From Gammaproteobacteria bacterium (lineage in GTDB: Bacteria; Pseudomonadota; Gammaproteobacteria; SURF-13), in the NCBI GenBank assembly GCA_030655395.1, contig JAURVQ010000039.1:1-56048 (forward strand): a stretch of DNA of 56,048 nt, written 5' to 3'. Shown here piece by piece: positions 23,403 through 32,732 of the stretch. Under the pieces are notes generated by a model. The model was not told where the DNA came from, searched no databases, and saw only the letters and a program-made list of their open reading frames with translations. Positions within the stretch are counted from its first letter, which is position 1, and the number at the start of each line of letters is the position of its first letter. The position numbers were made by a program, and so were the translations under genes.

Positions 23403-24557
23403 TCAGCTCCGCGCGGATGCTGGCGCGGCGCTGACGGCAAGCATGCGTTCCACCGCGCGGCGCGCGGCGTGGACGACCTTCTCATCCACTTCCACCTGCG
23501 GTGACAGCGTTTCCAGTGCGGCGGCTATCTTCGCCAGCGTGATGCGCTGCATGTGCGGGCACAGCACGCACGGGCGCACGAAGTCCACCTCCGGATTTTC
23601 CGCCGCGACGTTGTCCGCCATGGCGCACTCCGTCACCATGACCACCTTGGCCGCACCGGAGGTCTGCACGTCACGGATCATGCCGGAGGTGGAGCCGACA
23701 AAATCGGCCTCGGCGCAGACTTCCGGCGGGCACTCCGGGTGCGCGAGCACACGCACACCGGGGAATTGCGCACGCAAGGCGCGGATCTGTTCGGGTGTGA
23801 AGCGCTCGTGCACCATACAGGCGCCGTGCCAGGCGATGATTTCAACGGAGGTTTGTCTGGCCACGTTGGCGGCGAGATAGCGGTCGGGCAGAAAGATTAC
23901 GCGCGGACTGCCGAATTCACGCGCCGCCGCTTCGACCACGCGCGCGGCGTTGCTTGAGGTGCAGCAGTAGTCCGATTCCGCCTTCACTTCAGCGGAGGTG
24001 TTCACGTAACTTACCACCGGCGCGCCGGGATAATGCTGTTTGAGCAGGCGCACATCGGCGCCGGTGATGGATTCGGCGAGCGAGCAGCCCGCCGCAGCGT
24101 CGGGGATCAGCACGGTACGTTCCGGTGCCAGCACCTTCACCGTCTCGGCCATGAAGTGCACGCCGCACATCACGACGACCGGCGCATCGTCTTTGTTGAG
24201 CGCGGCGGCGTACTGCGCGAGTTGCAGCGAGTCGCCCACCCTGTCCGCCACACCGTAGGCGATTTCCGGCAACTGATAATTGTGCGCCAGGATGAGCGCG
24301 CGTTTTTCTTTTTTGAGTCTCTGGATGCGGTGGATCAGCGGCGCCTTGAGCAGCCAGTCCACATCGCTGATGAGGCCGTGCAGTTGCTCCCACATCGGCT
24401 GCGTCGCCTGCGCGACTGCATCGGTGAATTGCTCGTCACGGTAGGTCAGCAGGGGTGCTGCGCCGCGCGCACCGGGCGTCACGCGTGTGGTGATGGCGTC
24501 GCTCATTGCGTGCTGTGAAGTTGCTGTGTGCGCCATCGCTTGCGTTCTCAGAGTCAC
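23403..24557 (-). CDS. nadA: Quinolinate synthase NadA
   Basis: LILAHNYQLPEI, VVMCGVHFMAET, VSYVNTSAEVKA. The exact start is uncertain. Confidence 0.9.
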   Translation of the reverse strand: MTLRTQAMAHTATSQHAMSDAITTRVTPGARGAAPLLTYRDEQFTDAVAQATQPMWEQLHGLISDVDWLLKAPLIHRIQRLKKEKRALILAHNYQLPEIAYGVADRVGDSLQLAQYAAALNKDDAPVVVMCGVHFMAETVKVLAPERTVLIPDAAAGCSLAESITGADVRLLKQHYPGAPVVSYVNTSAEVKAESDYCCTSSNAARVVEAAAREFGSPRVIFLPDRYLAANVARQTSVEIIAWHGACMVHERFTPEQIRALRAQFPGVRVLAHPECPPEVCAEADFVGSTSGMIRDVQTSGAAKVVMVTECAMADNVAAENPEVDFVRPCVLCPHMQRITLAKIAAALETLSPQVEVDEKVVHAARRAVERMLAVSAAPASARS

Positions 24558-24602
24558 GGTGATTTGACTCGTCAGATACGGTATCAGTTCAAGTCAAGGC
24601 GG

Positions 24603-26387
24603 CTATGGAGTGGCGGGGTTCGCCTGCTGGCGAAGTCGGATGGAAAGCTCACGCAACTGCATCTCCGACGCCGGCGACGGCGCGCCGGTGAGCGGACAGG
24701 CCGCGGTCTGCGTCTTGGGGAAGGCCATCACCTCGCGGATCGAACCCGCTCCGGTCATGAGCATGGTGAGGCGGTCGAGACCGAATGCGATGCCGCCGTG
24801 CGGCGGGCAGCCGTACTTGAGCGCGTCGAGCAGAAAGCCGAATTTTTCCTGCGCCTGCTCATCGTTGATGCCGAGCAGACGGAATACCGCGCTCTGCATC
24901 TCGGGGCGGTGGATACGGATCGAGCCGCCGCCGAGTTCGGTGCCGTTCAGCACCAAGTCGTAGGCGCGCGACAGGCACGCGCCGGGGTCGCGCTCCAGCG
25001 CGGCTATGTCATCCACCGCAGGCGCAGTGAACGGATGGTGCAGCGCCGCCCAGCGGCCGTTCGCGGCGTCATGCTCGAACATCGGGAAGTCCACCACCCA
25101 GAGCGGCTGCCAGCCATGCTGCACCAGACCACGGTCGTGGCCGAGCTTGATACGCAAGGCGCCGAGTGCGTCGCACACGATCTTGGCCTTGTCGGCGCCG
25201 AAGAAGATGAGGTCGCCGTCGGCGGCGTCGGTCCGCTGCATGATTTCCGCGATGACTTCGTCCGCCATGAACTTGAGTATCGGCGACTGCAGGCCCTCGC
25301 GCCCTTTCGCACGCTCGTTCACCTTGATGTAGGCGAGCCCCTTGGCGCCGTAGATGGCGACGAACTGGGTGTAGTCGTCGATCTCCTTGCGCGTGAGCGC
25401 GCCGCCGCCCGGCAGGCACAGCGCCGCGACACGCCCGGCGGGGTCGTTGGCGGGCGCGGAGAACACCTTGAACTCCACGTTGCGCATCAGGTCGCCGACA
25501 TCCACCAGCTCGAGCGGAATGCGCAGATCGGGCTTGTCCACGCCGTAGCGCGTCATCGCTTCATGGTAGGTCATGCGCGGAAACGGTTTCGGCAGCGGTG
25601 TCTCCACGGTCTTGGCGAACAACTCGCGCATCATGTCCTCCATCAGGAGCATGATGGCATTCTCATCCATAAACGAGGTCTCGATGTCGAGCTGGGTGAA
25701 TTCCGGCTGGCGGTCGGCGCGCAGGTCCTCGTCGCGGAAGCAGCGCGCAAACTGGTAATAGCGGTCGAGGCCCGACATCATCAGAAGTTGCTTGAACAGT
25801 TGTGGTGATTGCGGCAGCGCGAAAAAATCGCCCGGGTGCGTGCGCGACGGTACCAGATAGTCACGCGCGCCTTCGGGTGTGGCCTTGGTGAGCATCGGTG
25901 TTTCGACATCAAGAAACCCGTGCGTATCGAGAAAGCCGCGCAGCGTGTGCGTGATGCGCGCACGCAGACGCAGGCGCTCCAGCATCTCCGCGCGGCGCAG
26001 ATCGATATAGCGGTAGCGCAGGCGTGTTTCTTCGTTCACGCCTTCCTCGTCGAGCTGAAACGGCAGCGGCTGTGCGGCGTTGAGTATTTCAACATTCTCG
26101 CCAAGCACCTCGATCATGCCGGTCGGCAGCCCGGAGTTTTCCGTACCCGGCGGGCGCCGGCGCACACACCCTTTGATGCGCAGCACGTATTCGTTGCGCA
26201 CGCGCTCCGCCAGCATAAAGGCCTCGACCTGCTCGGGGTCAAACACGATCTGTACCAGGCCCTCGCGGTCGCGCAGGTCAACGAAGATCACGCCGCCGTG
26301 GTCGCGCCGCCGGTGAGCCCAGCCGCAAAGGGTGATGTTCTGGTCGAGCAATGTTTCGTTGACATGCCCGCAATAATGGCTGCGCAT
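24603..26387 (-). CDS. aspS: Aspartate--tRNA ligase
   Basis: [43 protein letters not shown]; class II motifs. Start at ATG 26387. Confidence 0.95.
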   Translation of the reverse strand: MRSHYCGHVNETLLDQNITLCGWAHRRRDHGGVIFVDLRDREGLVQIVFDPEQVEAFMLAERVRNEYVLRIKGCVRRRPPGTENSGLPTGMIEVLGENVEILNAAQPLPFQLDEEGVNEETRLRYRYIDLRRAEMLERLRLRARITHTLRGFLDTHGFLDVETPMLTKATPEGARDYLVPSRTHPGDFFALPQSPQLFKQLLMMSGLDRYYQFARCFRDEDLRADRQPEFTQLDIETSFMDENAIMLLMEDMMRELFAKTVETPLPKPFPRMTYHEAMTRYGVDKPDLRIPLELVDVGDLMRNVEFKVFSAPANDPAGRVAALCLPGGGALTRKEIDDYTQFVAIYGAKGLAYIKVNERAKGREGLQSPILKFMADEVIAEIMQRTDAADGDLIFFGADKAKIVCDALGALRIKLGHDRGLVQHGWQPLWVVDFPMFEHDAANGRWAALHHPFTAPAVDDIAALERDPGACLSRAYDLVLNGTELGGGSIRIHRPEMQSAVFRLLGINDEQAQEKFGFLLDALKYGCPPHGGIAFGLDRLTMLMTGAGSIREVMAFPKTQTAACPLTGAPSPASEMQLRELSIRLRQQANPATP

Positions 26388-26418
26388 GACGGCTATCCTG
26401 AAAAATGAAGGCTGATGT

Positions 26419-27066
26419 TTAAGTGTGAGGTGGTTCGGGCGGTGCACTGCCGATGGCGGGCCTGCCGCGCCACACCGGTACCACCGCGCCCATGGAGATG
26501 ATCATCTTGAGGCCCTCGTCCACGCTCATGTCGAGCTCGATCGCGTCGCGCCTGGGCACCATGATAAAAAAGCCGGAGGTCGGGTTGGGCGTGGTCGGCA
26601 CATACACATTGATGATGTCCTCGCCGGTCTTGGTCTGTGCCTCGCCGGCGGCAACACCGGTCTGGAGTGCCACTGTCCACAATCCGCGGCGCGGATATTC
26701 AATCAGCAGCACCTTGCGGAAGGATTGGCCGCCGGGCGCAAACAGCGTTTCCGAGACCTGTTTCGCGCCGGCGTAAATGGAGCGTACCAGCGGGATGCGT
26801 GCGAGCAGGCGTTCCCACGCCTCTACCAACTGGCGTCCGAAAAAATTGGCCACCACGATACCAGTGGTAAGGACCACGGTGGCGGACAGCAACACGCCGA
26901 GACCAGGGATGTGGATCCCAAGCAGTACATCGGGATGGTAGGCGGCGGGCAGCAGCAGCAGGGTGCGATCCATGATGTCCACCAGCAGCTTGATGACCAG
27001 CACGGTGACGCCGAGCGGCACCCAGATCAGCAGGCCGGCAATGACATAACGACGCAGGTGTGACAT
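26419..27066 (-). CDS. DUF502-family membrane protein
   Basis: [29 protein letters not shown]... is a typical DUF502 N-terminus. Confidence 0.75.
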   Translation of the reverse strand: MSHLRRYVIAGLLIWVPLGVTVLVIKLLVDIMDRTLLLLPAAYHPDVLLGIHIPGLGVLLSATVVLTTGIVVANFFGRQLVEAWERLLARIPLVRSIYAGAKQVSETLFAPGGQSFRKVLLIEYPRRGLWTVALQTGVAAGEAQTKTGEDIINVYVPTTPNPTSGFFIMVPRRDAIELDMSVDEGLKMIISMGAVVPVWRGRPAIGSAPPEPPHT

Positions 27067-27091
27067 ACGTTGTGCGCTTTAGAGTGCTGGC

Positions 27092-27436
27092 TTAGGCGGC
27101 ATCGGTACCGCTCGCCGCCGCTGGTTTTGGCGCAGTGACGGCGGTAGCGGCGGGTGCGGGGACAGCGGCGTCTTTGGTGCCCGCAGTGCTGTCGCTGGCC
27201 TTGGCTTCACCTGTTGCTTCTGTCTGCGTTGTCTCGGCGAGCTTTTTCTTGCCGCCCTCCTTGAAGTCGGTCTGGTACCAGCCGCTGCCTTTCAGGTGAA
27301 ACGACGGCGCCGAAAGCAGTTTGTGCAGGGCGGATTTGCCGCACGCCGGACATTCCGCGAGCGGCGCGTCACTGAATTTCTGGATGACCTCCAGACGGTG
27401 CCCGCAGGCAGTGCATTCATATTCGTAAATAGGCAT
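27092..27436 (-). CDS. FmdB-family zinc-ribbon protein
   Basis: MPIYEYECTACGHRLEVIQKFSDAPLAECPACG. Confidence 0.85.
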   Translation of the reverse strand: MPIYEYECTACGHRLEVIQKFSDAPLAECPACGKSALHKLLSAPSFHLKGSGWYQTDFKEGGKKKLAETTQTEATGEAKASDSTAGTKDAAVPAPAATAVTAPKPAAASGTDAA

Positions 27437-27579
27437 CGGGGCAAGTCGAAAAGTGTGTGACCGGATAAATCAGTGTGTGCGCAAAATCGATACCGTATTA
27501 TACTCCAAAAGCAGCCTTGAATAGCGCTCAGCGCAAAACCGGAGGCTGCCACGCCCCCTTCTGTTGCGATTAGCAAAAT

Positions 27580-29403
27580 ATGCACGGTCACACCACCACC
27601 ATACCCACCCATCATCGCTCCGACTGGAGGGCGGTGCGCAGCCTGTTGCCCCACCTGTGGGAGTTTCGCGGCCGCGTGCTGATTGCCATGGCCTGCCTGG
27701 TGCTGGCCAAGCTCGCCAATGTCGGCGTGCCGTTCATGCTCAAGGAGATTGTGGACCAGCTCGACGCGGCACAGCACCCGCTGCTGGTATTGCCACTCAT
27801 ATTTGTACTGGGCTACGGCCTGCTGCGCCTGTGCTCGGCGCTGTTTGGCGAGCTGCGCGATGCGGTGTTCGCCAAGGTGACGCAGCGCGCCATCCGCCGC
27901 ATCGCGCTCAAGGTGTTCCGCCACCTGCACGCGCTGGCGTTGCGCTTCCATCTCGAGCGCCAGACCGGCGGGCTGTCGCGCGACATCGAGCGTGGCACAC
28001 GCGGCATCAGCTTTCTAATGAGCTTCATGCTGTTCAATATCCTGCCGACGCTGCTTGAGATCACTCTGGTCGCGGCCATACTGCTCAACAAGTATTCCGC
28101 CTGGTATGCGATCATCACCTTCGTCACGCTGCTGGTATATGTCGCCTTCACGCTCGCCGTCACCGAGTGGCGCATGGGTTTCGTGCGCGCCAAGAACGAG
28201 ATGGACTCCAAGGCCAACACGCGCGCGATCGACAGCCTGATCAATTACGAAACGGTGAAATACTTCGGCAACGAAGACTACGAGGCGCGGCGTTACGATG
28301 AAAACCTCACCGTGCTCGAACGCGTATCGGTCAAGAACCAGACCTCGCTTGCGGCGCTCAATTTCGGCCAGAGCGCCATCATCGCGGTCGGCGTCACGCT
28401 GCTCATGTGGCTCGCGAGCGCGGAGGTGGTCAGCGGCACCCTGACGCTGGGCGATCTGGTGCTCATCAACGCCTTTCTCATCCAGATGTTCATCCCGCTC
28501 AATTTTCTCGGTTTCGTCTACCGCGAAATCAAGAACTCGCTCGCCGACATCGAGCGCATGTTCAGCCTGCTTGCGGTGGAAACCGACGTCAAGGACAAAC
28601 CCGGCGCGGCAGCGCTGGCGGTGGGCGAGGGGCGCGTGCGCTTCGAGCACGTCGATTTCGGCTACGACCCCGAGCGCGAAATTTTATTCGATGTGGACTT
28701 CGAGATCGCGCCCGGCCACAAGGTCGCCGTGGTGGGGCCGAGCGGTGCGGGCAAGTCGACACTCGCACGCCTGTTGTTCCGCTTCTACGACGTGAGCGGC
28801 GGGCGCATCACCATCAACGGTCAGGACATCCGCGATGTCGCCCAGACGGGCCTGCGCGCCGCCATCGGCATCGTGCCGCAGGACACCGTGCTGTTCAACG
28901 ACACCATTTACTACAACATCGCCTACGCGAAGCCCGAGGCCACGCGCGAAGACGTGTTGCGTGCGGCGCAGCTCGCGCACATCCACGAATTCATCGAATC
29001 GCTGCCCAAGGGTTACGACACTCTGGTGGGCGAGCGCGGCCTCAAGCTTTCCGGCGGCGAGAAGCAGCGCGTGGCGATTGCGCGCACCGTTTTAAAAGGG
29101 CCGAAGATTCTGATTTTCGACGAGGCCACCTCGGCGCTCGATTCCAAATCTGAACAAGCGATACTCTCCGCGCTGGCCGAGGTCGCGGCGAACCACACCA
29201 CGCTCGTGATCGCGCACCGTTTGTCCACGGTGATCGACGCCGACCAGATACTGGTGCTGGATCATGGCCGCATCGTGGAACGCGGCACGCATCGCGAACT
29301 GCTCGCGCAGGCTGGGCACTATGCGCAGATGTGGGCGTTGCAACAGGAGGAGCGGCGCAGGCAGGGCGAGTTGCTGGTGGTCTCCGGCACGGGGACGTCG
29401 TGA
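27580..29403 (+). CDS. ABC transporter, fused permease/ATPase (Atm1/ABCB-type exporter)
   Basis: Six-TM N-terminal half. Walker A GPSGAGKST, signature LSGGEKQR, Walker B ILIFDEATS. Confidence 0.9.
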   Translation: MHGHTTTIPTHHRSDWRAVRSLLPHLWEFRGRVLIAMACLVLAKLANVGVPFMLKEIVDQLDAAQHPLLVLPLIFVLGYGLLRLCSALFGELRDAVFAKVTQRAIRRIALKVFRHLHALALRFHLERQTGGLSRDIERGTRGISFLMSFMLFNILPTLLEITLVAAILLNKYSAWYAIITFVTLLVYVAFTLAVTEWRMGFVRAKNEMDSKANTRAIDSLINYETVKYFGNEDYEARRYDENLTVLERVSVKNQTSLAALNFGQSAIIAVGVTLLMWLASAEVVSGTLTLGDLVLINAFLIQMFIPLNFLGFVYREIKNSLADIERMFSLLAVETDVKDKPGAAALAVGEGRVRFEHVDFGYDPEREILFDVDFEIAPGHKVAVVGPSGAGKSTLARLLFRFYDVSGGRITINGQDIRDVAQTGLRAAIGIVPQDTVLFNDTIYYNIAYAKPEATREDVLRAAQLAHIHEFIESLPKGYDTLVGERGLKLSGGEKQRVAIARTVLKGPKILIFDEATSALDSKSEQAILSALAEVAANHTTLVIAHRLSTVIDADQILVLDHGRIVERGTHRELLAQAGHYAQMWALQQEERRRQGELLVVSGTGTS

Positions 29404-30242
29404 AGCAAGTCATATTGATTACCGGCTGCTCCAGCGGTATCGGTCTGTGTCTGGCGGAAAATCTGCATACGCTGGGCCATCGCGTGTTTGCCACCGCGCG
29501 CAAACCGGACGATGTCGCACGATTGGCCGCGCGGGGCATGGAAAGCCTGCACCTCGATCTGGATGACCCGGCCTCGATACACGCTGCGGTGGATGAAGTC
29601 GTGCGCCGCACACAGGGGCGCATCGACGTGCTCATCAACAACGGCGCCTACGGCCAGCCCGGCGCAGTGGAGGACTTGCGGCGCGAGGTGCTGCGGGCGC
29701 AGTTTGAAACCAATCTGTTCGGCACCGCTGAACTCATCAACCGTGTCATTCCGCTCATGCGCGCGCAGCAGCACGGGCGCATCATCAATATCGGCTCGCT
29801 GCTGGGGTTTGTCGCGCTGCCGTATCGCGGCGCGTACAACGCGACCAAATACGCCCTCGAAGGACTCACCGATACCTTGCGTCTGGAGCTGGCGGATACC
29901 GGCATCTTCGTTTCCCTGATTGAGCCAGGCCCGATCAAGAGTAAATTCCGCGCCAACGGCTTTGTGGTCTACAGGAAAAACATCGACGCCGCACACAGCG
30001 CGCACCGCGAGCGTTACGCGGCACTCGAACGGCGGCTCGCCAAGCCGGGCCCGGCGGCGCCGTTCACCCTGCCGCCCGAGGCGGTGCTGTGCAAGGTGCT
30101 GCGGGCGCTGGCAAGCCGGCGTCCGCGCGCACGTTACTACGTTACGTTTCCGAGTTATTTATTCGCCGTGCTGCGCAGGCTGCTGCCCACGCGCGCACTC
30201 GACTGGATTTTGTCGCGCATCTCGCGCGGTGAGATGCGCTAA
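29400..30242 (+). CDS. SDR-family oxidoreductase
   Basis: GTG 29400 overlaps the ABC stop (GTGA). ILITGCSSGIG and YNATKYAL motifs. Confidence 0.85.
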   Translation: MKQVILITGCSSGIGLCLAENLHTLGHRVFATARKPDDVARLAARGMESLHLDLDDPASIHAAVDEVVRRTQGRIDVLINNGAYGQPGAVEDLRREVLRAQFETNLFGTAELINRVIPLMRAQQHGRIINIGSLLGFVALPYRGAYNATKYALEGLTDTLRLELADTGIFVSLIEPGPIKSKFRANGFVVYRKNIDAAHSAHRERYAALERRLAKPGPAAPFTLPPEAVLCKVLRALASRRPRARYYVTFPSYLFAVLRRLLPTRALDWILSRISRGEMR

Positions 30243-30246
30243 AAAA

Positions 30247-30266
30247 AGCCCTCCCGCAGGAGGGCT
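30247..30266 (-). terminator. Intrinsic terminator of the P460 gene
   Basis: AGCCCTCC cgca GGAGGGCT hairpin, followed on the minus strand by a T7 run. Confidence 0.7.
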
Positions 30267-30297
30267 GAAGTACAGGTGTGCAGTGCCCAATATCCTA

Positions 30298-30780
30298 TTA
30301 ATCGCGCAGCTTGCTGAAGACATAGGAAGATTTTTCTTCCGGGGCGTGGCAGGCGAAGCACGACTTTCCGCCGTCGCTCACCAGCCGCTTGTCGTGACTG
30401 TCACCGGCGAAGCCTTCAAAACCCCAGCCGCCGGTATCCTTGAAGCGCTTGGCGTCGCGCTGCATCACACCGACCAGCTTGCGCTCGCCTTCCTGCAATG
30501 CGCTGCCGCCTTCGTTATATTTCAGCAGATCGAACACCAGCACTGCGCCGTCGGGATATTTGCCGCTCTTTAATCCCTGCACGGCCTTTTTGTTGGCGTA
30601 CACGTGGTGCATGCCGCCGAACGGATTTTCCAGCGGGTGGCCAGGCTGGATCACCATGCTCTTGACGTGATGCCAGTCACGGTAGCCGTCGGGATAGCCC
30701 ACTTTGCCATCCGCGGCCCACGCGGCAGTGCATGAGAGACCAGAAATCAACACCAAAATACCCACAAAACGATGTTTCAT
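30298..30780 (-). CDS. Cytochrome P460-family protein
   Basis: Signal peptide, YPDGYRDWHHV, C-terminal haem motif CFACH. Confidence 0.8.
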   Translation of the reverse strand: MKHRFVGILVLISGLSCTAAWAADGKVGYPDGYRDWHHVKSMVIQPGHPLENPFGGMHHVYANKKAVQGLKSGKYPDGAVLVFDLLKYNEGGSALQEGERKLVGVMQRDAKRFKDTGGWGFEGFAGDSHDKRLVSDGGKSCFACHAPEEKSSYVFSKLRD

Positions 30781-30797
30781 GTGATGCCCTCCTTTAT

Positions 30798-30820
30798 TAT
30801 AGTATCGAGTCGATACTATA
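30798..30820. promoter_or_regulatory. 23-bp palindrome, putative MarR operator
   Basis: TATAGTATCGA g TCGATACTATA (11-bp perfect arms) lies between the divergent P460 and marR genes. A third half-site, CTACTATAG, is at ~30857. Confidence 0.65.
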
Positions 30821-30872
30821 ATGCACGGGGCGGCTGTTTGTCAAGATGGTATTGAGGCGCTACTATAGGGCC

Positions 30873-31445
30873 ATGAGCAGGCAACATGGCTATGATCTGA
30901 TTGAGCGTATCGGCAACCTGCTGCGCGCCGAGGCGCGGCAGGCGGGTGCCGGGCACGGCCTGCAACCGGTGCAGTTGCAGGCGCTGGCCTACTTCGCGCG
31001 CGCCAACCGCTACAGCGATACGCCCGCGGCGCTGGCCGAGTATCTGGGCGTAACCAAAGGTACGGCGTCACAAACCCTGATGGTGCTGGAAGCCCTTGGC
31101 CTGGTGAGCAAGCGCGAGGACAAGGATGATCGCCGCGTAACCCGCGTGCAGGTGACCGCCAAGGGGCATCAGCTGCTGGACAAGCTGTTGCCGCCCGCGC
31201 TCTGGCGCAACGCGAGCGCTGAGCTCAGCGCGGCGGCGGCACAGCGTATTGAAGATGAACTGGTGAGGCTGCTGCGCGTCCTGCAGCAGGTCAATCAGTC
31301 GCGCACGTTCGGTGTGTGTAATACCTGTGAGCACTTTTTGCGTGAGGGCGGCAGGAAATTCCGCTGCGGTCTGACAGCGGAACCGCTCAGCATAGAGGAA
31401 TCACGGCTGATCTGCCGTGAGCATGAACTGAAAACCGGAACCTGA
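30873..31445 (+). CDS. MarR-family regulator with Cys-rich C-terminal extension
   Basis: Winged-HTH region LAEYLGVTKGTASQTLMVLEALGLVSKREDKDDRRV. C-terminus is CNTCEHF...FRCG...LICREHE. Confidence 0.8.
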   Translation: MSRQHGYDLIERIGNLLRAEARQAGAGHGLQPVQLQALAYFARANRYSDTPAALAEYLGVTKGTASQTLMVLEALGLVSKREDKDDRRVTRVQVTAKGHQLLDKLLPPALWRNASAELSAAAAQRIEDELVRLLRVLQQVNQSRTFGVCNTCEHFLREGGRKFRCGLTAEPLSIEESRLICREHELKTGT

Positions 31446-31448
31446 AAG

Positions 31449-31477
31449 CCGTCAGGCTGCGCGAGGCAGCCTGACGG
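31449..31477. terminator. GC-rich hairpin between convergent marR and the His-rich gene
   Basis: CCGTCAGGCTGC gcgag GCAGCCTGACGG (12-bp perfect stem); no U-run. Confidence 0.5.
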
Positions 31478-31499
31478 GTGGGAATAGATCGGGGAGGTG

Positions 31500-31781
31500 T
31501 TATTCCTTGCTCTTGTGTTCTTCCTTGTCTTTATCCTTGTCCGCGTCTGTGTGCTTCTCCGCTTTCTCCTTGTGCTTGGCGTCCTTCTTCTCCGCGTGGC
31601 CTTCTTTCATCGACTCTTTGTGCTTCTTCATCACGCCATGATGCTTTTCCATGGCATCATGATGCTCGTGCATCATTTCCTGATGTTCCTTTTTCATGTC
31701 ATCGTGCGCGTCCTTTTTGTCATCGGCGAAGGCGGCAGTGGAAAGCAGGCTCAGGGTTGCAACAGCGAGTAAACTTTTCAT
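31500..31781 (-). CDS. Secreted His/Lys/Asp/Glu/Met-rich low-complexity protein (MXKDX-repeat-like)
   Basis: Signal peptide MKSLLAVATLSLLSTAAFA, then DDMKKEHQEMMHEHHDAMEKHHGVMKKHKESMKEGH... Confidence 0.7.
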   Translation of the reverse strand: MKSLLAVATLSLLSTAAFADDKKDAHDDMKKEHQEMMHEHHDAMEKHHGVMKKHKESMKEGHAEKKDAKHKEKAEKHTDADKDKDKEEHKSKE

Positions 31782-31901
31782 AAAGATTTCCTTTGTGTGA
31801 TTTGATTTCAAGGTGGAATGAGAATACAAAGCCGCACGATAATAGGGCTTTGTCGGGGAGTAGACAGACAATTACAGCCAAGGTTCATTAGGGGAGGCGA
31901 C

Positions 31902-32732
31902 ATGGCGGTTTACGCCATTGGTGACGTGCAGGGTTGTTACGATGAGCTGCTTGCGCTGCTGGAGCGCATCGCGTTTGATCCCGCCACAGACCGGCTCTGG
32001 TTCGTCGGCGACCTGGTCAACCGCGGGCCACAGTCGTTGCAGGCGTTGCGTTTTGTAAGGGGCCTCGGCCACTCGGCGCAGTGTGTGCTCGGTAATCATG
32101 ACCTGCACCTGCTGGCGGTGGCCGCAGGCCATGAACGCTACGGGCGCCACGATACGTTTCAGGATGTGCTCATGGCGCCGGATCGCGATGAACTGCTCGA
32201 CTGGCTGCGCCGGTTGCCGCTGCTGCATCACGACACTGCAACGGGATTCACCATGATCCACGCCGGGTTGCCGCCGCAGTGGGATCTGGCGCAGGCGCGC
32301 GCCTGCGCCGCCGAGGTCGAGGCCGTGTTGCGTGGCCCGGCGTATGCCGGATTTTTAGGACAAATGTACGGTGATGAACCGCTCGCCTGGTCCGACACGC
32401 TGCGCGGTATGGCGCGGCTGCGCTTTATCACCAATTGCCTTACCCGCTTGAGATTTTGCGATGCAGAGGGGCGGCTCGCGCTGCACGAAAAGGGCCCGCC
32501 GGGCAGCCAGCCCGCGCCTTACCTGCCGTGGTTCGAGGTACCGGACAGGAAGAGCCGCGATTTAAACATCGTCTTCGGCCACTGGTCGGCGTTGCGCGAG
32601 TATGCGGCGCAAGGCGTCTATGCGCTGGACACCGGTTGCGTGTGGGGCGGCAGCCTGAGTGCGCTACGTCTCGACGCAGAGGAACACACGCAGACACACG
32701 TCGCTTGCCGGGCGCACTGCTCCCGATTCTAG
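31902..32732 (+). CDS. apaH: Bis(5'-nucleosyl)-tetraphosphatase, symmetrical (ApaH)
   Basis: MAVYAIGDVQGCYDELLALL...FVGDLVNRGP...GNHD. Confidence 0.9.
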   Translation: MAVYAIGDVQGCYDELLALLERIAFDPATDRLWFVGDLVNRGPQSLQALRFVRGLGHSAQCVLGNHDLHLLAVAAGHERYGRHDTFQDVLMAPDRDELLDWLRRLPLLHHDTATGFTMIHAGLPPQWDLAQARACAAEVEAVLRGPAYAGFLGQMYGDEPLAWSDTLRGMARLRFITNCLTRLRFCDAEGRLALHEKGPPGSQPAPYLPWFEVPDRKSRDLNIVFGHWSALREYAAQGVYALDTGCVWGGSLSALRLDAEEHTQTHVACRAHCSRF

